Shown piece by piece: positions 38,411 to 52,470 of a stretch of DNA of 64,000 nucleotides; position 1 is the stretch's first letter, and every line of letters begins with the position of its first letter. Source of the DNA: Mobula hypostoma (lineage: Eukaryota); the NCBI RefSeq assembly GCF_963921235.1, contig NC_086097.1:114392001-114456000 (forward strand). Direction: 5' to 3'. The notes under the pieces are model-generated. The model worked only from the letters and a program-made list of their open reading frames with translations. It was not told the origin of the DNA and made no database searches. The position numbers and the translations under genes are program-made.

Positions 38411-41400
38411 AAGACCATAATTTGTCCTCAAGACTCTCTTTTTATAATACAAGAGAATCACACCCAAAAACCCCTCCCTTTAGAATTGTTGTTCCCATGT
38501 CTAGCATGTACCCAAAGTGAACTAGTCCAATTCATCCTGTGTCATCAACTTCGACTGAGAAAGAACATCGAGTTTATCTGTGTAGAAGAAGTTGTTCTTG
38601 TTCTGCAGATTTGACACTGGCAGCCCTACTAGGGAGTAATCAGATAACATAAAACATGTCCTTAGATTAATATTGTTCGTGGAAGTAAATTTTTTTCATC
38701 ATAACTTTCTTCAACTGACAGTCTGTTCTTGTTAAATCATTGTTATAATTGTTTTAGAAATGTCCCATTGTTTCTCTTAGCAGGCTGTGTGAAATTTTAG
38801 TTGAGCTGTAGTCAACGGTAATTATGTTGGTCAATCAGTGGTTAAGTGGTCATCTGAGGTAAGCTTGCACAAATGGCCAGAACTTAGAGCTCATGGGTGA
38901 CTATAGTTCTCGAGAAGGAAGTGAAGTTAAGATATGAAGATATATAAGCACAAGAATGAGTATTTTATGACAAAAAGTCTCCTTCTAAACATTGACTATT
39001 CATTTCCTTCCTTAGATGCTGGCTAACCTGTTGAGTTCCACCAGCACTTTCTGTGTGTTGCTCTGGGTTTCCAGCTTCTGCAGAACCTGTCGTGTTGATG
39101 AACATTTTAAATTTGAGGTGTTGGAGGTTAGGAACTAGTGCTGCTCAAATCACAATATAACGTGCACAGAATTCTCCTTATCAAGGGGATAATCAGCAGT
39201 ATTTTGGATGGGATGAAGTTTAACGAAGCTATAGGACTACGTTAGAAATATTGGTTCTGGAACATGACTGAGAGTTTCTTTATTATACCCATCAAATAAA
39301 GGTAGTGATGGCAATGTTATGAGGCGAGAGGAATGCTGTCCTTGTAGTGGAGAGTCATAATGGCACTGTTGTTTCTACATCCTTCTGACTCCCCTCAAGA
39401 AACTCAAATTGTCTTCCGTATATTTGTATTAGTCTGCAGATTTTAAAAATTTGTATTGAAAGTTATGGCTGCAAAGATTAGCCAAGACATTCTGGGGGTG
39501 GAGGGGGGGGAGGTGAGTTCATTCTCTGGGCCTACTAATCAATTTCCAATATGGAAGCATTGCTTAAGAACCTAGGTACATAAGAAATAGGAGCAGGATT
39601 TGGTCATCTGGCCCATGGAGCCTGCTCTGTCATTCAAGAAGATCATGGCTGGTCTAGCCGTGCACTCAGCTCCACATCCCTGTCTTTTTTCCCATAACCT
39701 TTAAATCACCTACTATGCAAAAATCTGTGTCTTAAATGGGGTAGCCTCTGCTGCTTCCCTGGGCAGAGAATTCCACAGATTCACTACTGGCTGAGATCTG
39801 CAGTTTCACCTCATCTCCACCTTAAATCTGTTCCTCCAAATCTTGAGCCTATGTCCCCCTATGTCTCAGTTATCAATAGAAACAACTTTCCTTCCTCTAT
39901 CTTAATTCTATATGATCCTCTCTTATTATTCTGAATTCCAGTGAGAATAATCTCAGGAGGATTGATCTCTCCTCATAGGCTAACCCCCTCATCTCTGGAA
40001 CAGTTGTTCTGCTGTATTGTGCAATGTGAGGAAGGATAGGAACAAAAATTCCTCTGAGCAGACAGAGACCCAAAGTATTTGTCGTAGAATGCCTCCAGTG
40101 TCAAATCTGTCTGACTATCACGAACGAGAAAATCTGCAGATCCTGGAAAATCCAGAGCGACACACAAAAAATGCTGAAGGAACTCAGTAGACCTGGCAGC
40201 ATTTATGGAAATGAGCCAACAGGTGATGTTTCAGAGCAAGGACCTTCATCAGGACTGGTAAGGAAGGGGTTAGAAGCTAGAATAAAAAGATGGGGAAAGG
40301 GGCATCTTTCTCTGTAAGTTCTGCTATCTCCAATGGGACCTTACCACTAAGCACATCTTTCCCTTCTGCCCACCCCTCACTCTCCCCTTACTATAGGGAT
40401 TGCTCTCTATCTGACCCCCTTGTCCATACATCTCTTCTCATTGATCTCCTCCTGGAACTTATCCCTGCAAGTATGACAAGTGCTACACCTGCCCCGACAC
40501 CGCACTCCCCCAACATCATTCAGGGCCCTAAGTGAGGCGACAGTTCACCTGTGGGTCTGTCAGGATCATCTACTGTATCCGGTGCTCCCAGAGCGGCCCG
40601 TTCGATATTGGTGAGACCCGACGTAGGTTGGAGACTGCTTTGTCAAGCATCCTCACTCCGTCAGTCACAAAAGACAGGATTTCCTGGTGATAGTCCTTTT
40701 CAATTTGATTTCCCATTCCCATTCCTACATGGCCTCTACTGCCACAATCAGGTTGGAGCAACACCTCATAAACCATCTGAATAGCCTTCAACCTGATGTC
40801 ATAAACATCGATTTCTCTAATTTCTGGTAAATTCCATCCCCTCTCCCCCATCTCTCTTTGTCCATTCCCTATTCTGCTTCTCATTTCATCCCTCCTACCT
40901 ATTCCCTCCCATCTTCTTACTTCATTCCCTCTCCTCTACTTACCTTCCCCCTCACCTGATTACACCTATCTCTTGACAGCTTATATTCCTTTCCTTCCAT
41001 TTGTGATGAAGAGTCTTGGCCCAAAGCATAAATCATTTATTCATTTCCATAAATGCTGCCTGACTTGCTGAATTCCCCCAGTATTTTGTGTGAGTTCACT
41101 AAGGTTTTTGGTTTGGTAGTGGAAGTAGAACTAATGGCAGACTTTTGGAAAAAATATTGTTATGTTTCACTCAGCAACAGAGCACATGTAATTATTTGCC
41201 TTGAGGAAAGACTTTAAGAATTGTAAAACCATTTAATAGCACAGCTTCAAGGTTCTAAATTTCAAAGTTCAAAATAAATATATTATCAAGGTCACCATAT
41301 CCAACCCTGAGATTCATTTTCTTGTGGGCATGGGAAGTTGAATAAAGTTTCCCCTTTGGTTCAAGAACCTGATGGTTGAGGGGTAATAATTGTTCCTGAA

Positions 41401-42590
41401 CCTAGCGGTGCAAGTCCCGAGGCCCCTGAACTTTCTTCTTGAAGACAGCAGCAAACAGAGAGCATGACCTGTGTGGTGGGGGTCCCTGATGATGGATGCT
41501 GCTTTCCTGTGATAACACTTTGTGTAGATGTGCTTAATGGTGAAGAGGGTTTTACTCATGATGGACTGAGCTGTATTCACTACTTTTTGTAGGATTTTCC
41601 ATTCAAGGACATTGGTGTTTCCATACTAGACTGTGGAGAGTCAATATACTCTCCACCACACATCTACTGGAGTTTGTAAAAGTTTTAGCTGTCATGCCAA
41701 ATCTTTGCAAACTCCTAAAGACATCTTTCTGCCACCTTCAACTGGATCCCACCACCAAGTACACCTTCCCCACCCCCCCCACTTTTTGCTTTCCAGAGAG
41801 ATCGTTCCCTGTGCAACTCCCTTGTCCATTCATCCCTCCCCACTGAGCTTCCTCCTGGCATTTATCCTTGCAAACGGAACAAGTGCTACACCTGCCACTA
41901 CACCTCCTCCTGCACTACCATTCAGGGCCCCAAACAGTACAGTCCTTCCTGGTGAGGCGACACTTCACCTGTGAGCCTGTTGGGGTCATATACTGTGCCC
42001 TGAGCTCCTGGTGTGGCCTCCTATATATATTGGTGAGAGCCGACGTAGATTGGGAGACAGCTTCACCACATCATCCAGTATTACTCTCCGTCAGCCGGAA
42101 GAAGCGGGATCTCCCAGTGGCCACCTGTTTGAATTCCACGTCCCATTCCCATTCCGATACGTCAATCCATGGCTTCCTCTACTGTTGTGATGAGGCCACA
42201 CTCAGGTTGGCTTCACCACTTACAAGCTGTTGGCCTCAACAGCTTATATTCTGCCTGGGTAGCCTCCAACCTGATGGCATGAACATGGATTCCTTGAACT
42301 TCCGGTGATGCCTCCTCCCCCATCCTTCACCATTCCCCATCCCCATCCCCTTTTCCTTCTCTCACCTTGTCTCTTTACCTACCACCAGCCTGCATACAGA
42401 GGACAATTCACAATGGCCAATTCACCTCAGATACAGACGCAAACTGGAGCATTCCTGCGAAACCCACACAGTTACAAGGAGAATGTGCAGACTCCAGACG
42501 AGCAGCACCACAGGTCAAGGTGAAGGTCAAGGTCAAGATCAAGGTCAAGCCTGCATTCCTTGATCTGTGAGGCAACAACACTATCTACAC

Positions 42591-44824
42591 TAGTGGTCCC
42601 CAACCTTTTTAAGCCCAAGATCTTCAGTGAAAGGCAAGATCTACCTACTAAATCATTTAGAGAAAAAACAGCTCAGATTGTACTTCCAATTTGAGGCCTT
42701 TAATTTGGGCGAATTGTATTTGAATTACACAAAATACTTTTGTAAAACTTTCAAATTAATTCAAACAAGAAAACACTGTAACTAGCATATCAAACAGGCC
42801 ATAGCTGTCTTTCTTTAAGAATATTACAATACTTCACACCTTTAGTTCTAAGTTTCATTATTTAATTTTATTTCAACAGGAAAAATAAATGAATAAAAAT
42901 TGACTGTTGCACTCAGTGTGATAACTGGGACTGAATACTTTCTGCTAGTTCCCTGAAATTTGGCTCATAACTACAGACAGCCAGTCTGAGACAGTCTGTG
43001 AGGTGTAGGGTTGCCAACTGTCCCGTATTCCCCCCGCTAAGTTAGAACATTCCCATGAAACATTTCGTGCCGAAATGCTTTACGCCGAAGAAGCAATTAC
43101 CATTAATTTATATGGAAAAAAATTTTGAGCGTTCCCAGACCCAAAGAAATAACCTACCGAGTCATACCAAATAACACATAAAACCTAAAGTAACACTAAC
43201 ATATAGTAAAAGCAGGAATGATATGATAAATACACACCCTATATAAAGTCAAAATAATGAAAATTAAGCCAAAACTGATTCGTGGGGTAAAAAAAAATCG
43301 GCACGTACACATATGCACACACAGGTGCCTGCACAAGACTTCATGGTCATGGTAGTCTTTCTCGGGGTAAACACAAGTGTCCAGGGATTTGACTGCTACT
43401 TTTGTCCGTTGTTTGGGAGTGAGAAAGTTGGCAACCCTAGTGAGGTGTCTGTCAGTAAATCAGCTCCTGTACTTAGATTTAATAATTTTCATCTGTGAAA
43501 ATGCAATTTCACATAGATAAGTTGACCCGAAGTAGGCACTGACTTTTGGTGGTATAAAACCAACGCGCACACTGCGCATTGTTCGGCCCCATCAGTAGTA
43601 ATTGCCACCAGTTTATGAATGGGGATGTCATTTTCACAGACATTTTTTTTAAACTCATTGTAAATATTCTCGTCTCTCGTTCTTTCCTTTAATTGCAAAA
43701 AACTGAGGAAGTCCTCCTTTATTGTAAAATCCTGGAAAACCATTCTGACAAATACAACAAGCTGAGCTGTTTGCATTACATCCAGGGATTCATTGAACTG
43801 TGTGAAAATTATTCACGTCCTCTGACGGTGACTCTACTCTCCTTGTCACTGTTGCAAGGCCAAGCAGTATATTATGTATTGAGGTTGTGATGCCGTTTTT
43901 GTTTTTAAAGTTATTAAAAACAGTCTCTGCGGTAATAAATTGCCATCTGTAAGAGGCTTCTTGTGTTCAGTCAAAAGGTGACTTACACGAAATGATGCTT
44001 CAATAGCAGCCTTATTTTGAGCAGCATGTTTTGTGGAAAACGATTGCTTGGCCTTCAACCCTGATTTCAGCTCAACTTTCCAGGCACGAATTGCGCTCTT
44101 TTGGGGGTAGATATCTTTAAATTCCTGGTGGTGTTGCAGTGCCGCTCCAGATTCCCTCTTTTAGTTAGTGCTTGTATTTGGTGGCACAACATACATACAC
44201 ACTTGTCTTTCACCAAGGTAAATAGAAATTCCTCTTCCCATTCTGGATGGAATTTGTATGTTTTCGCCTTTTTTCATGGAGCCTCCACTATGCTATCAGG
44301 ATATCACGAGCGATCCGATTGCATCACCTCTGATCTGGGCCAACATTTACGTGCCAGGCGGCACCTAATTAATTAGCTTGTTTATTTCAGCTTTTTTTCT
44401 TAAAGATGTGCTGTGTGCATCCGGACTACCGCTGCACCACTGCATGCTTCGCGGCCCGGAGGTTGGGGACCACTGCCGTATATTGATGTTTGCGACAGTC
44501 TGTACTCTTATCTAATCTGATTGGTCACTTTGATGCAGCACAGGCTACGCTGAAAATGCGGTGCATGGCGGGGGAAATACACACATGCGCACGGGGCAGA
44601 AAGAACGGAACTAAACCCCAGCAACCCGGAAACAATCTCTCTTTACAATCAGCCTTTTAGCAAAAATATTGCTGTATTACCATTATGCTAATTAGTATTA
44701 CTTACTTTTATAATGCTCACATTACAACAGTATTTGTGTATTTATTTTTGATTTTTCTTTGGGATTTACTGGGAAAGTCTCAAAGATTGACCGGTCGATC
44801 GTGATCGACGGGTTGGCGACCCCT
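42591..44824 (-). mobile_element. Degenerate hAT (Charlie/SPIN-like) DNA transposon
   Basis: TIRs tagtggtccccaacc / ggttggcgaccccta; transposase remnants EASFRVSHLL..HKKP, TAQLVVFVR, LVAITTDGA. Confidence 0.82.
43006..43439. mobile_element. hAT MITE nested in the transposon
   Basis: TIR tagggttgccaact; perfect 8-bp TSD gtgaggtg at 42998-43005 and 43440-43447. Confidence 0.88.
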
Positions 44825-45949
44825 AATCTACACCATCACTTCATTGCCTCCTTAGGGATTTAAATTACACCATTCTCCTCCTTTAAGGACCTTCTTAAAA
44901 CATATGACTTTGTTTTCATCATCTGGCATGAACATCAATCTGCGTCAGCCTAGGTATCAGATCTTGTCCATTAATTCTTCTTCTGAGATAACCTGTGATC
45001 TTTTAAATGTTACTTGTCATTGTTGACCTGCTCATCAGATGGCACTATCAACGACTGGTGATTTGTTGCCTTGGATATTGTCAGTGACTAGAAAGACATA
45101 GAAACATCAAAAACCTACAGCACAATACAGGCCCTTCGGCCCACAAAGCTGTGCCGAACATGTCCTTACCTTAGAAATTACCCAGGGTTACCCATAGCCC
45201 TCTATTTTTCTGAACTCCATGTACCTGTCCAGGAGTCTCTTAAAAGACCCTGTCATATCCGCCTCCACCACCATCGCCGGCAGCCCAGTCCATGCACTCA
45301 CCACTCTCCGCATAAAAAACTTACCCCTGACATCTCCTCTGTACCTACTTCCAAGCACCTTAAAACTGTGCCTTCTTATGCTAGCCACTTCAGCCCTGGG
45401 AAAAAAGCCTCTGACTATCCACACCATCAATGCCTCTCATCACTTCATACAAAAGTCCAGTAGAAGGTAAGATCTTAGCCACTGCTGTGTCAAACTCTGT
45501 CATCTTTATATTGCTAAATCACAAGCTAAGGAGACTCTGCTGTCTGTACTTGTTGTTTGAGCTTCAATAAAATGACTGTCTTGGAGTCTTGGATTCATTG
45601 CCTCCTTCTGGTACTCCTGTCCCCTTTTCTTTCTTCCATGGCCTCCTGTATTCTCCTTTTAGATTCTCCTTTCTCCAACCCTGTATCTCTTTCACCAATC
45701 AACGTCCCGGCTCTTTACTTCACCCCTCCCTCTCCCAGTTTCACCTCTCACCTTGTGCTTCTTCCTCCCCTGTCCCACCTTCTTATTCTGACTCCTCATC
45801 TTTTTTTCTCTCCAGTCCTGATGAAGGGTCTTGGCCCAAAACATCAACTGTATTCTTTTCTGTGGATGCTACCTGGCCTGCTGGGATCCTGCAGCATTTT
45901 GTGTGTGTTGGTTGGGTTTCTAGCATCTGCAGGTTTTCTCTTGCTTGTG

Positions 45950-47912
45950 ACAGATATGGTGCTGCAGGTCCTTGGAGAAGATGGTGATGTCGTCAGAGTA
46001 GATGAACACATACCAGTGTAGCATGTCCTGAGCATCTTGTTAATGAAGTCTTGAAAAATGTCTGGACTGTTGGAAAATCTTAAAGATTAGTGTCCTGTGT
46101 GTATGACGAATGTTATCTTCCACTCATTACCTGGCAGATGCGGATTAGGTTGTACACGCACCATAGATCCAGTTTGGTGAAGATCTGGGACCCGTGACTG
46201 TTTTGAATTCACTATCCGTCAATGTGGATAGTGACTAAGTCTTCGTGCTCCTGCACGAGTTTGGTGAGGTTTCCTCTGTCTCCACGGATTTACGGGGTGA
46301 GGTCAACTGAGGTTGCAGGCAGGTGCCAAACTTAGCAGTGAACCGGACAACCAGCTGAAGTAAGGGTCGTGAGTGGAGAGCCCAGGATAACCCAAAATGA
46401 GATGAGTGTTAGGAGATTAGACAAGGAGGAACTGGATGCACTCACTCCAATCCTCAAGTGCCTAGACTGTGCGCACACTCTGACCACCTCAAACTCCAAG
46501 GCATGTCTGTCAATGATCATGATGCACAGGAGGTGAGAGATTGGCCTGGTCAGGAGTTCAAACTGCACAGACAGAGAAAGTTGCCTGCTGCATTGGAATC
46601 CACCAGAGCCTCCTGTGCGCGTGGGGATGTTGGGGTGCGAAGGAGGTCAGCCAGAGTGAGTCAGGCTCTAGTGCTGGAACCAGAGGCCAGGGGAAGCTTA
46701 CCTGGCAGAAGGCCCCTTGTTGCTGCCGGTGGTGCCATTTCCGGTACACAGTGGGCATTTGAGGTGTTGAAAATCAGCTGCTCTGCAGTAAGTGCACAAG
46801 TTGATTCTCCACCGAAGCTCATGCTCTTGGGTGGGGCGGGGTGGTGTGGAGGAGGGGGGTTAACTGCATGGGTTATGGAGCCATTGCTGATGAGGGCCCT
46901 GCAGCCTGAAATGGGACTAGGGTTCTGGCAGCTGATCTGGAGGCTTGTTTCATAAAATGCTTGTCAATACAAAGGGTCAGAATGATGAGGCTTTTGAGGT
47001 CGGTAGACATCTCCCGGGCAGATAGCTCATCTTTCAAGCACTCAGAGAGGCCGGGATGGTAAATGGGCCAGCGGCACTTCTCCATTACAGCCACAGTCCG
47101 CCGTGAAGGTCTTGTAATCCAGCACCGAGTGTGAGTCTCCACACAGGCAAAATATCTGATCCTCTGTCTCCCTTCCACTTCCCAGATAGTCAAAAACCCA
47201 GGGTATCTCAGCAGTTAATTGCAAATGGTGGCTTTACTGTCCTAGTTAATGGCCACTCAGGTCAGAGCATGCCCAATCAAGAGAGAGATGAAGAAAGCAA
47301 TCTTGGCTCGGTCCATAGAATACAGAGATGGCTAGAGTTTGAAGTGCAAGATGTACTTGAAGTTGCAGCATCAGGTTGAGGATCCATTGAAGTTTTCAGG
47401 CACTGGGATCCAGAACTCCAAGGGAGGAGGGTGACTGGCACAGGGTTGCTGTAATGAGACAGAGTTGGTTGAGAGTGGCATGCAAATAGTTAATGGTTTC
47501 CTGCTGCTTTCAGAGCATGTACTTGTGTCAGCAAACAACGTCCCTGAGCTGAAAAAATTCTGTTACATCAGTCACTGGTTCACACATCCTGTCAGAAAGT
47601 GTAGAGGAGGCTTGATCTAGACACAGATCAGTGGAGATGATTTAGTGCCGAGCAACAACTTTAATAATAATCCCCAAAATAACAAGCCACATGGGTGGGG
47701 GGGGGGGCACAAAACAAGAGGGGACAGATAGTTAACACGACAAGGCAACAAGGTAACTGAAGGTTAGGAGCATCTGATTGAGGCTGGCTGGCTCAATGGT
47801 TGAACAGGGATTGTGGATGAGAGCTGGGTTTATATAGGCTGCAGGAGATGTGTTGGAAACAAATGGCAGATGACTCCTGTTGGCTGGGAGATGCCTATAT
47901 GTGCAGGTCTGA
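45950..47912 (-). mobile_element. Degenerate Gypsy-type LTR element
   Basis: LTR-like tgtcag...ctgaca at 47590-47912; gag-like GLSECLKDEL; RT remnant KLDL..YNLIRI near 46100-46190. Confidence 0.7.
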
Positions 47913-48067
47913 CAGAGGTTGGTGAGATTCCCAAATCCCGCACTGTTGTCTATCTTCCCCATGAGTCAGCACTCCTCACCTGAGGGGTGGGGGGGTCTCT
48001 CCCCTATTTTTCCTTCTAAAAATAATTATCTTCTATTCAATCATTGAACTCTGCTCTCAGTGCCAGT

Positions 48068-48602
48068 TGTTGTGTGAAATCAGGTTCACCATTTTGGTGA
48101 GTTAGGACAGAAGACACTCATTACCAATAAGTAGATTAACAATTTTCTTACAGGACGAGACAGACACTAACCATTCAGTAAACCTTTCAGGTTGCACTCC
48201 ATTACAAATACTTAACTAAATCGAGCACTTGAAGCGACTAGACAAAACATGCACTAAACATACATTCGTTGGCAAATACTTATCTAAAGTGTGTACCCAG
48301 GCCCTCTTTACTGCAGCAAACTTTCACTGTTTACAGTTTCCATAACCCTCAGCCTCTGTTCTCAGTCTCAGAGGTGGCTCTGAGAACAAAAAGAGAGCAT
48401 GTGGTGTCTGTGTGCTCGATTTATATTCTACTGGTGCTATGACATCATAAGCCAAATGGCTGCTATTGGGAAGGGCTGCAATGTGCCGTACGTGGGCCAA
48501 TCGCTAGCTAGCATGGGGGAGTGGTTTTCAATGAACAGGTAAGACGGTCACTGACTGTAATGAGGTATATGCCAAGCTCTGGATATGAAATGTAAGAAGA
48601 CA
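48068..48602. mobile_element. Probable solo LTR
   Basis: TGT...ACA termini; it separates the PA N-terminus from its upstream terminal motif. No clean TSD was seen. Confidence 0.4.
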
Positions 48603-49059
48603 AGTATTGCTTTTACTATGATAATGGAGGAGGGGATAATTTTGATACCTGGTTTCTTCCCCCTTCATTTCCAGTTTTGATGAAGGGCCTTGGACTGAAA
48701 TGTTGACTGTATATTCCTCTCTTCGAATGCTGCCTGACCTGCTGAGTTCCTTCAGTATTTTGTGCGTTGCTCTGAATTTCCAGTATCTGCAGAATCTCTT
48801 GTGTTGGTGGTATCTAGGTATCTATCTATCTGTCTATTCATCTACATATCTACATACATATATATAATTTATCTAGCTAGTTATTTGGTTAGTTAGAGAT
48901 ACAACATCATAACAGGTCCTTTCTTCCCAACAAGTGCACACCACACCACACCCCACCCATGTGACCAATCAGCCTACTAACCCACACGTCCTTGGAGTGG
49001 AAACTGGAGCACTTGGAGGAAACCCACACACCATGTAGCTGGTGAAAGCAGTTAGAGGT

Positions 49060-51470
49060 TATATATCTGACTGGGCACAGCAAGATAGAATCATTGAAGA
49101 GGATAAGGTGAAAAGAATCCTGATAAAAAATCCTTCCCAGTGCAGTCATGACTCTTTTTAACTATAATGGCTAAGTCTAGTTCCATATCATTGACTCCTA
49201 TTCCCCTGTCTGTACAGTCAACTCAGTTCATTTTTAACAGCAGCTCCAGTCACTTCATTTTAAATCATCTTTTTGTACTTCTTTTCCACATCTTTATTTA
49301 TTTTCTCAGGATTTGTACCATCAGTTAGCTTGAGGTGTACCTTGCTCTCAATTCTCTTTATTTTATGTTTAATCTTGATATATTTCTCGCAGATCTAACC
49401 TCTAACTATCTCTCGGACTCCACTTTCTTCTTCGGAGATTGTTTATCTTCTTCTAAGGCAGCCCCTTGGGATTGAGCATAATTTATTTACTTACTAACTT
49501 ACTAACTTACTTTATTTATTGTCGCCAAACAATTAATACTAGAATGTACAATCATCACAGCAATATTTGATTCTGCGATTCGCGCTGCCTGGAGTACAAA
49601 TCGATAGTAAATATTAAAAATTTAATTTATAAATCATAAATAGAAAATAGAAAAGGGAAAGTAAGGTAGTGCAAAAAAACCGAGAGGCAGGTCTGGATAT
49701 TTGGAAGGTACGGCCCAGACCCGGGTCAGGATCTGTTCAACAGTCTTATCACAGTTGGAAAGAAGCTCTTCCCAAATCTGGCCGTATGAGTCTTCAAGCT
49801 CCAGAGCCTTCTCCCGAAGGGAAGAGGGGCGAAAAGTGTGTTGGCTGAGTGGATAGTGTCCTTGATTATCCTGGAAGCACTGCTCTGACAGCGTGCGGTG
49901 TAAAGTGAGTCCAAGGACGGAAGATTGGTTTGTGTGATGTGCTGCGCCGTGTTCATGATCTTCTGCAGCTTTTTCTGGTCTTGGACAGGACAACTTCCAT
50001 ACCAGGTTGTGATGCACCCTAGAAGAATGCTTTCTACGGTGCATCTATAAAAATTAGTGAGGGTTTTAGGGAACAGGCCAAATTTCTTTAGTTTTCTCAG
50101 GAAGTAAAGGCGCTGGTGGGCCTTCTTGGCAGTGAACTCTGCTTGGTTGGATTAAGTCAGGTCATTTGTGATATTGACCCCGAGGAACTTAAAGCTTTTG
50201 ACCTGTTCCATTTGCGCACCACCGATGTAAATGGGGTTGTGCAGTCCGCTACTCCTTCTGAAGTCAACAACCAATTCCTTCGTCTTGCTGACGTTGAGGG
50301 ATAGGTTATTGTCTTTGCACCATGCCACCAGGTTCTTAATTTCTTCTCTGTAGTCAAACTCATCATTACCTGAGTTACGGCCTACAATTGTTGTGTCATC
50401 AGCAAATGGAGTTTGATGGAAACTTGGCTACACAATCATGGATGGACAGTGAGTACAGCAGGGAGCTGAGTACACAGCCTTGTGGGGCACCGGTGCTCAG
50501 AGTGATTGTAGAGGAGAGCTTGTCCCCTATTTTTACAGCCTGGGTCCTGTCTGTGAGGAAGTTGAAGATCCAGCTGCAGATCTGAGTGCTGATGCCCAGG
50601 TTCTGGAAATCTGGAATCAGATTATTTGGAATGATGGTATTAAAGGCAGAGCTGTAGTCAATGAAAAGGAGCCTTACATATGCGTCTTTATTCTCCAGGT
50701 GTTCTAAGGAGGAATGCAGGGCTAGAGAGATGGGATCTGCCATTGACATGTTGCTCCGGTGGGCAAATTGCAAAGCGTCGAGGTTGACCGGTAGGCTGTG
50801 CTTGATGTGTGCTATAACCAATCGCTCGAAGCACTTCATAGCAATTGATGTCAGAGCCACAGGTCGATAGTCATTCAGACATGCCACCTTGCTCTTCTTC
50901 GGCACCGGGATTATCGTTGCCTTCTTAAAACGCGAGGGGACTTAGACTGAAGCAAGGAGCAGTTGAAGAAGTCAGCAAATACTCCAGCCAGCTTGCTTGC
51001 ACAGGCCTGGAGTACCCATCCCAGGACGCTATCTGGGCCAGTTGCCTTCCTTAGATTTATCTTCAGGAAGGCCCTTCTAACATCCTCCTCGGTGATGATG
51101 AATCTTGATGCCACCAGGTCCGGTTCATCCAGAGGGAGCGGGACGCTCCTCTTCTGTTTCCTCCCCAACTTGTTTCCTCTCCAATGCTCCCTGTTTGGAG
51201 ATGACTGATGTACCTAAAATGAAAGCAATAATCTCTACCATAGATGGGGAGAAAGGTGTTTGAGGGGATGGGTGCTGACATAGTTTGCTTCTTCTATTTA
51301 GTTGTGAGGACCCAACCCACAGTTTTGAGGTTATCTTTGCTATCCCTAGTGTTCTAACCCCAATCTGAGTGATCATAGACCAGGGATTTCAAAGAACCAA
51401 TGGGAATATAACATGTTTTTTCATTAAATGCTCCCTTTGTCCAGTAGTCTAATCCTACTAAAGAGCCTCG
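49060..51470 (-). pseudogene. Endogenous influenza-like matrix M1, split by a Rex1 LINE (pieces 51470-51171 and 49490-49060)
   Basis: IPIGSLK vs VPSGPLK; FSPSMVEIIAFILGTSVISKQG vs [38 protein letters not shown]..EVT vs DPNNMDRAVKLYRKL..EIT; LGRIF..LLC vs MGLIY..LVC. Confidence 0.75.
49490..51170 (-). mobile_element. Rex1-like LINE, 5'-truncated
   Basis: [39 protein letters not shown]; (aagt)-type tail at ~49490-49515. Confidence 0.9.
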
Positions 51471-51781
51471 GATTGAGTTTTGTTTCGAGAGACTGACATG
51501 TGCGAACAGTATGGTCTGCCTAACAAAAACTGATTGTAATTAGATCTCCAAGTGGGTTTCTGAGAAAGGTTCATATTCTGATTTATTTATTTTTTAGAAT
51601 CATATTCAGATTCATTTATTTACATCTCTGGGCCTTCATGAGACCTCTATCTTCAGTATCGACCCAAGGACTCACGGATCAGAGGACCCTAAACTCCAGG
51701 CCTTTAACTCTGGACTCACATGGGTTTCCAGCCCAGGGACTATACATCCTTGGGGGCATCACTGGCCCTGGTGCCTCCTGT

Positions 51782-52470
51782 CCGATGTTCTCTCTAATTT
51801 GTAATGACCTGTGTGCGCAAAAATCTTGTGCTGTGTAATTTTTGCCCAGTGACAACAACATGTTTGCACTGAATTTTATATATAGAGGTATTCATTTTAA
51901 TAGCTAGCAAAACACTATCAATAAGAACTTTGATCTCCTCTGGGTTTGATGGTCTTTGCTCTCATTCATCTGCACTTTCACAAAGCATATGTAGCAGGCC
52001 TGTAACAGGTCACGAAGGAATTTCTTGCCGGAGCTTTTACACACCATCCATGTGTGATTTACTTGCTAAATGATGCTTTAAAAAGACAACTTTCCAAATA
52101 TCACTCCACTTCTTCCCACTTGCAAATTCTCTAGCAACTTTTGTATCGCGACAGTACATGCAGCTCTTTTGCACTTCACGCCTTTTGCTTCTTTGGAATT
52201 CAACACAGTGAATCAATAATTTCTTCAATAAAAACAATTTAAATAAGCCAGTTCTAAAATCTGCAGACAAGTCATCGCAAACGCCACATTGTCAACACCG
52301 TCAGCATCAGAAACGGAAAAGGAAATGTGATTGTGTATGATCGTGAAATGTACTTAATGTGCCAATGAGGTAGAGGGTGACAACCTTTTGTGCAGAGTTT
52401 AAATTCCTTTGTACACTAGTAGCAAAAGATGTGTGTGTGCACACATGCACACACCTTAGAGGGAACATCG
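51782..52470. mobile_element. Non-autonomous DNA transposon
   Basis: TIRs cgatgttctctctaa / ttagagggaacatcg; internal zinc-finger-like remnant MYCRD..LKHHLASKSH. Confidence 0.6.

Larger units (their letters stand above)
35770..48065 (-). pseudogene. Endogenous influenza-like polymerase PA, eight colinear pieces separated by TEs
   Basis: Pieces: 48065-47925 (RAEFN..*GRDP, LTHGE); 45590-45441 (QDSHFIE); 45090-45015 (NIQG); 41250-41100 (KAN..ITIFF); 40120-40000 (FGSL..NFCSY); 39570-39360 (LPYWK); 38885-38410 (CQLKKVMMKKIY, SQSKL, LRTN); 36100-35770 (DKDIE, LQALDNIL*P, FLNVS). Confidence 0.8.
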
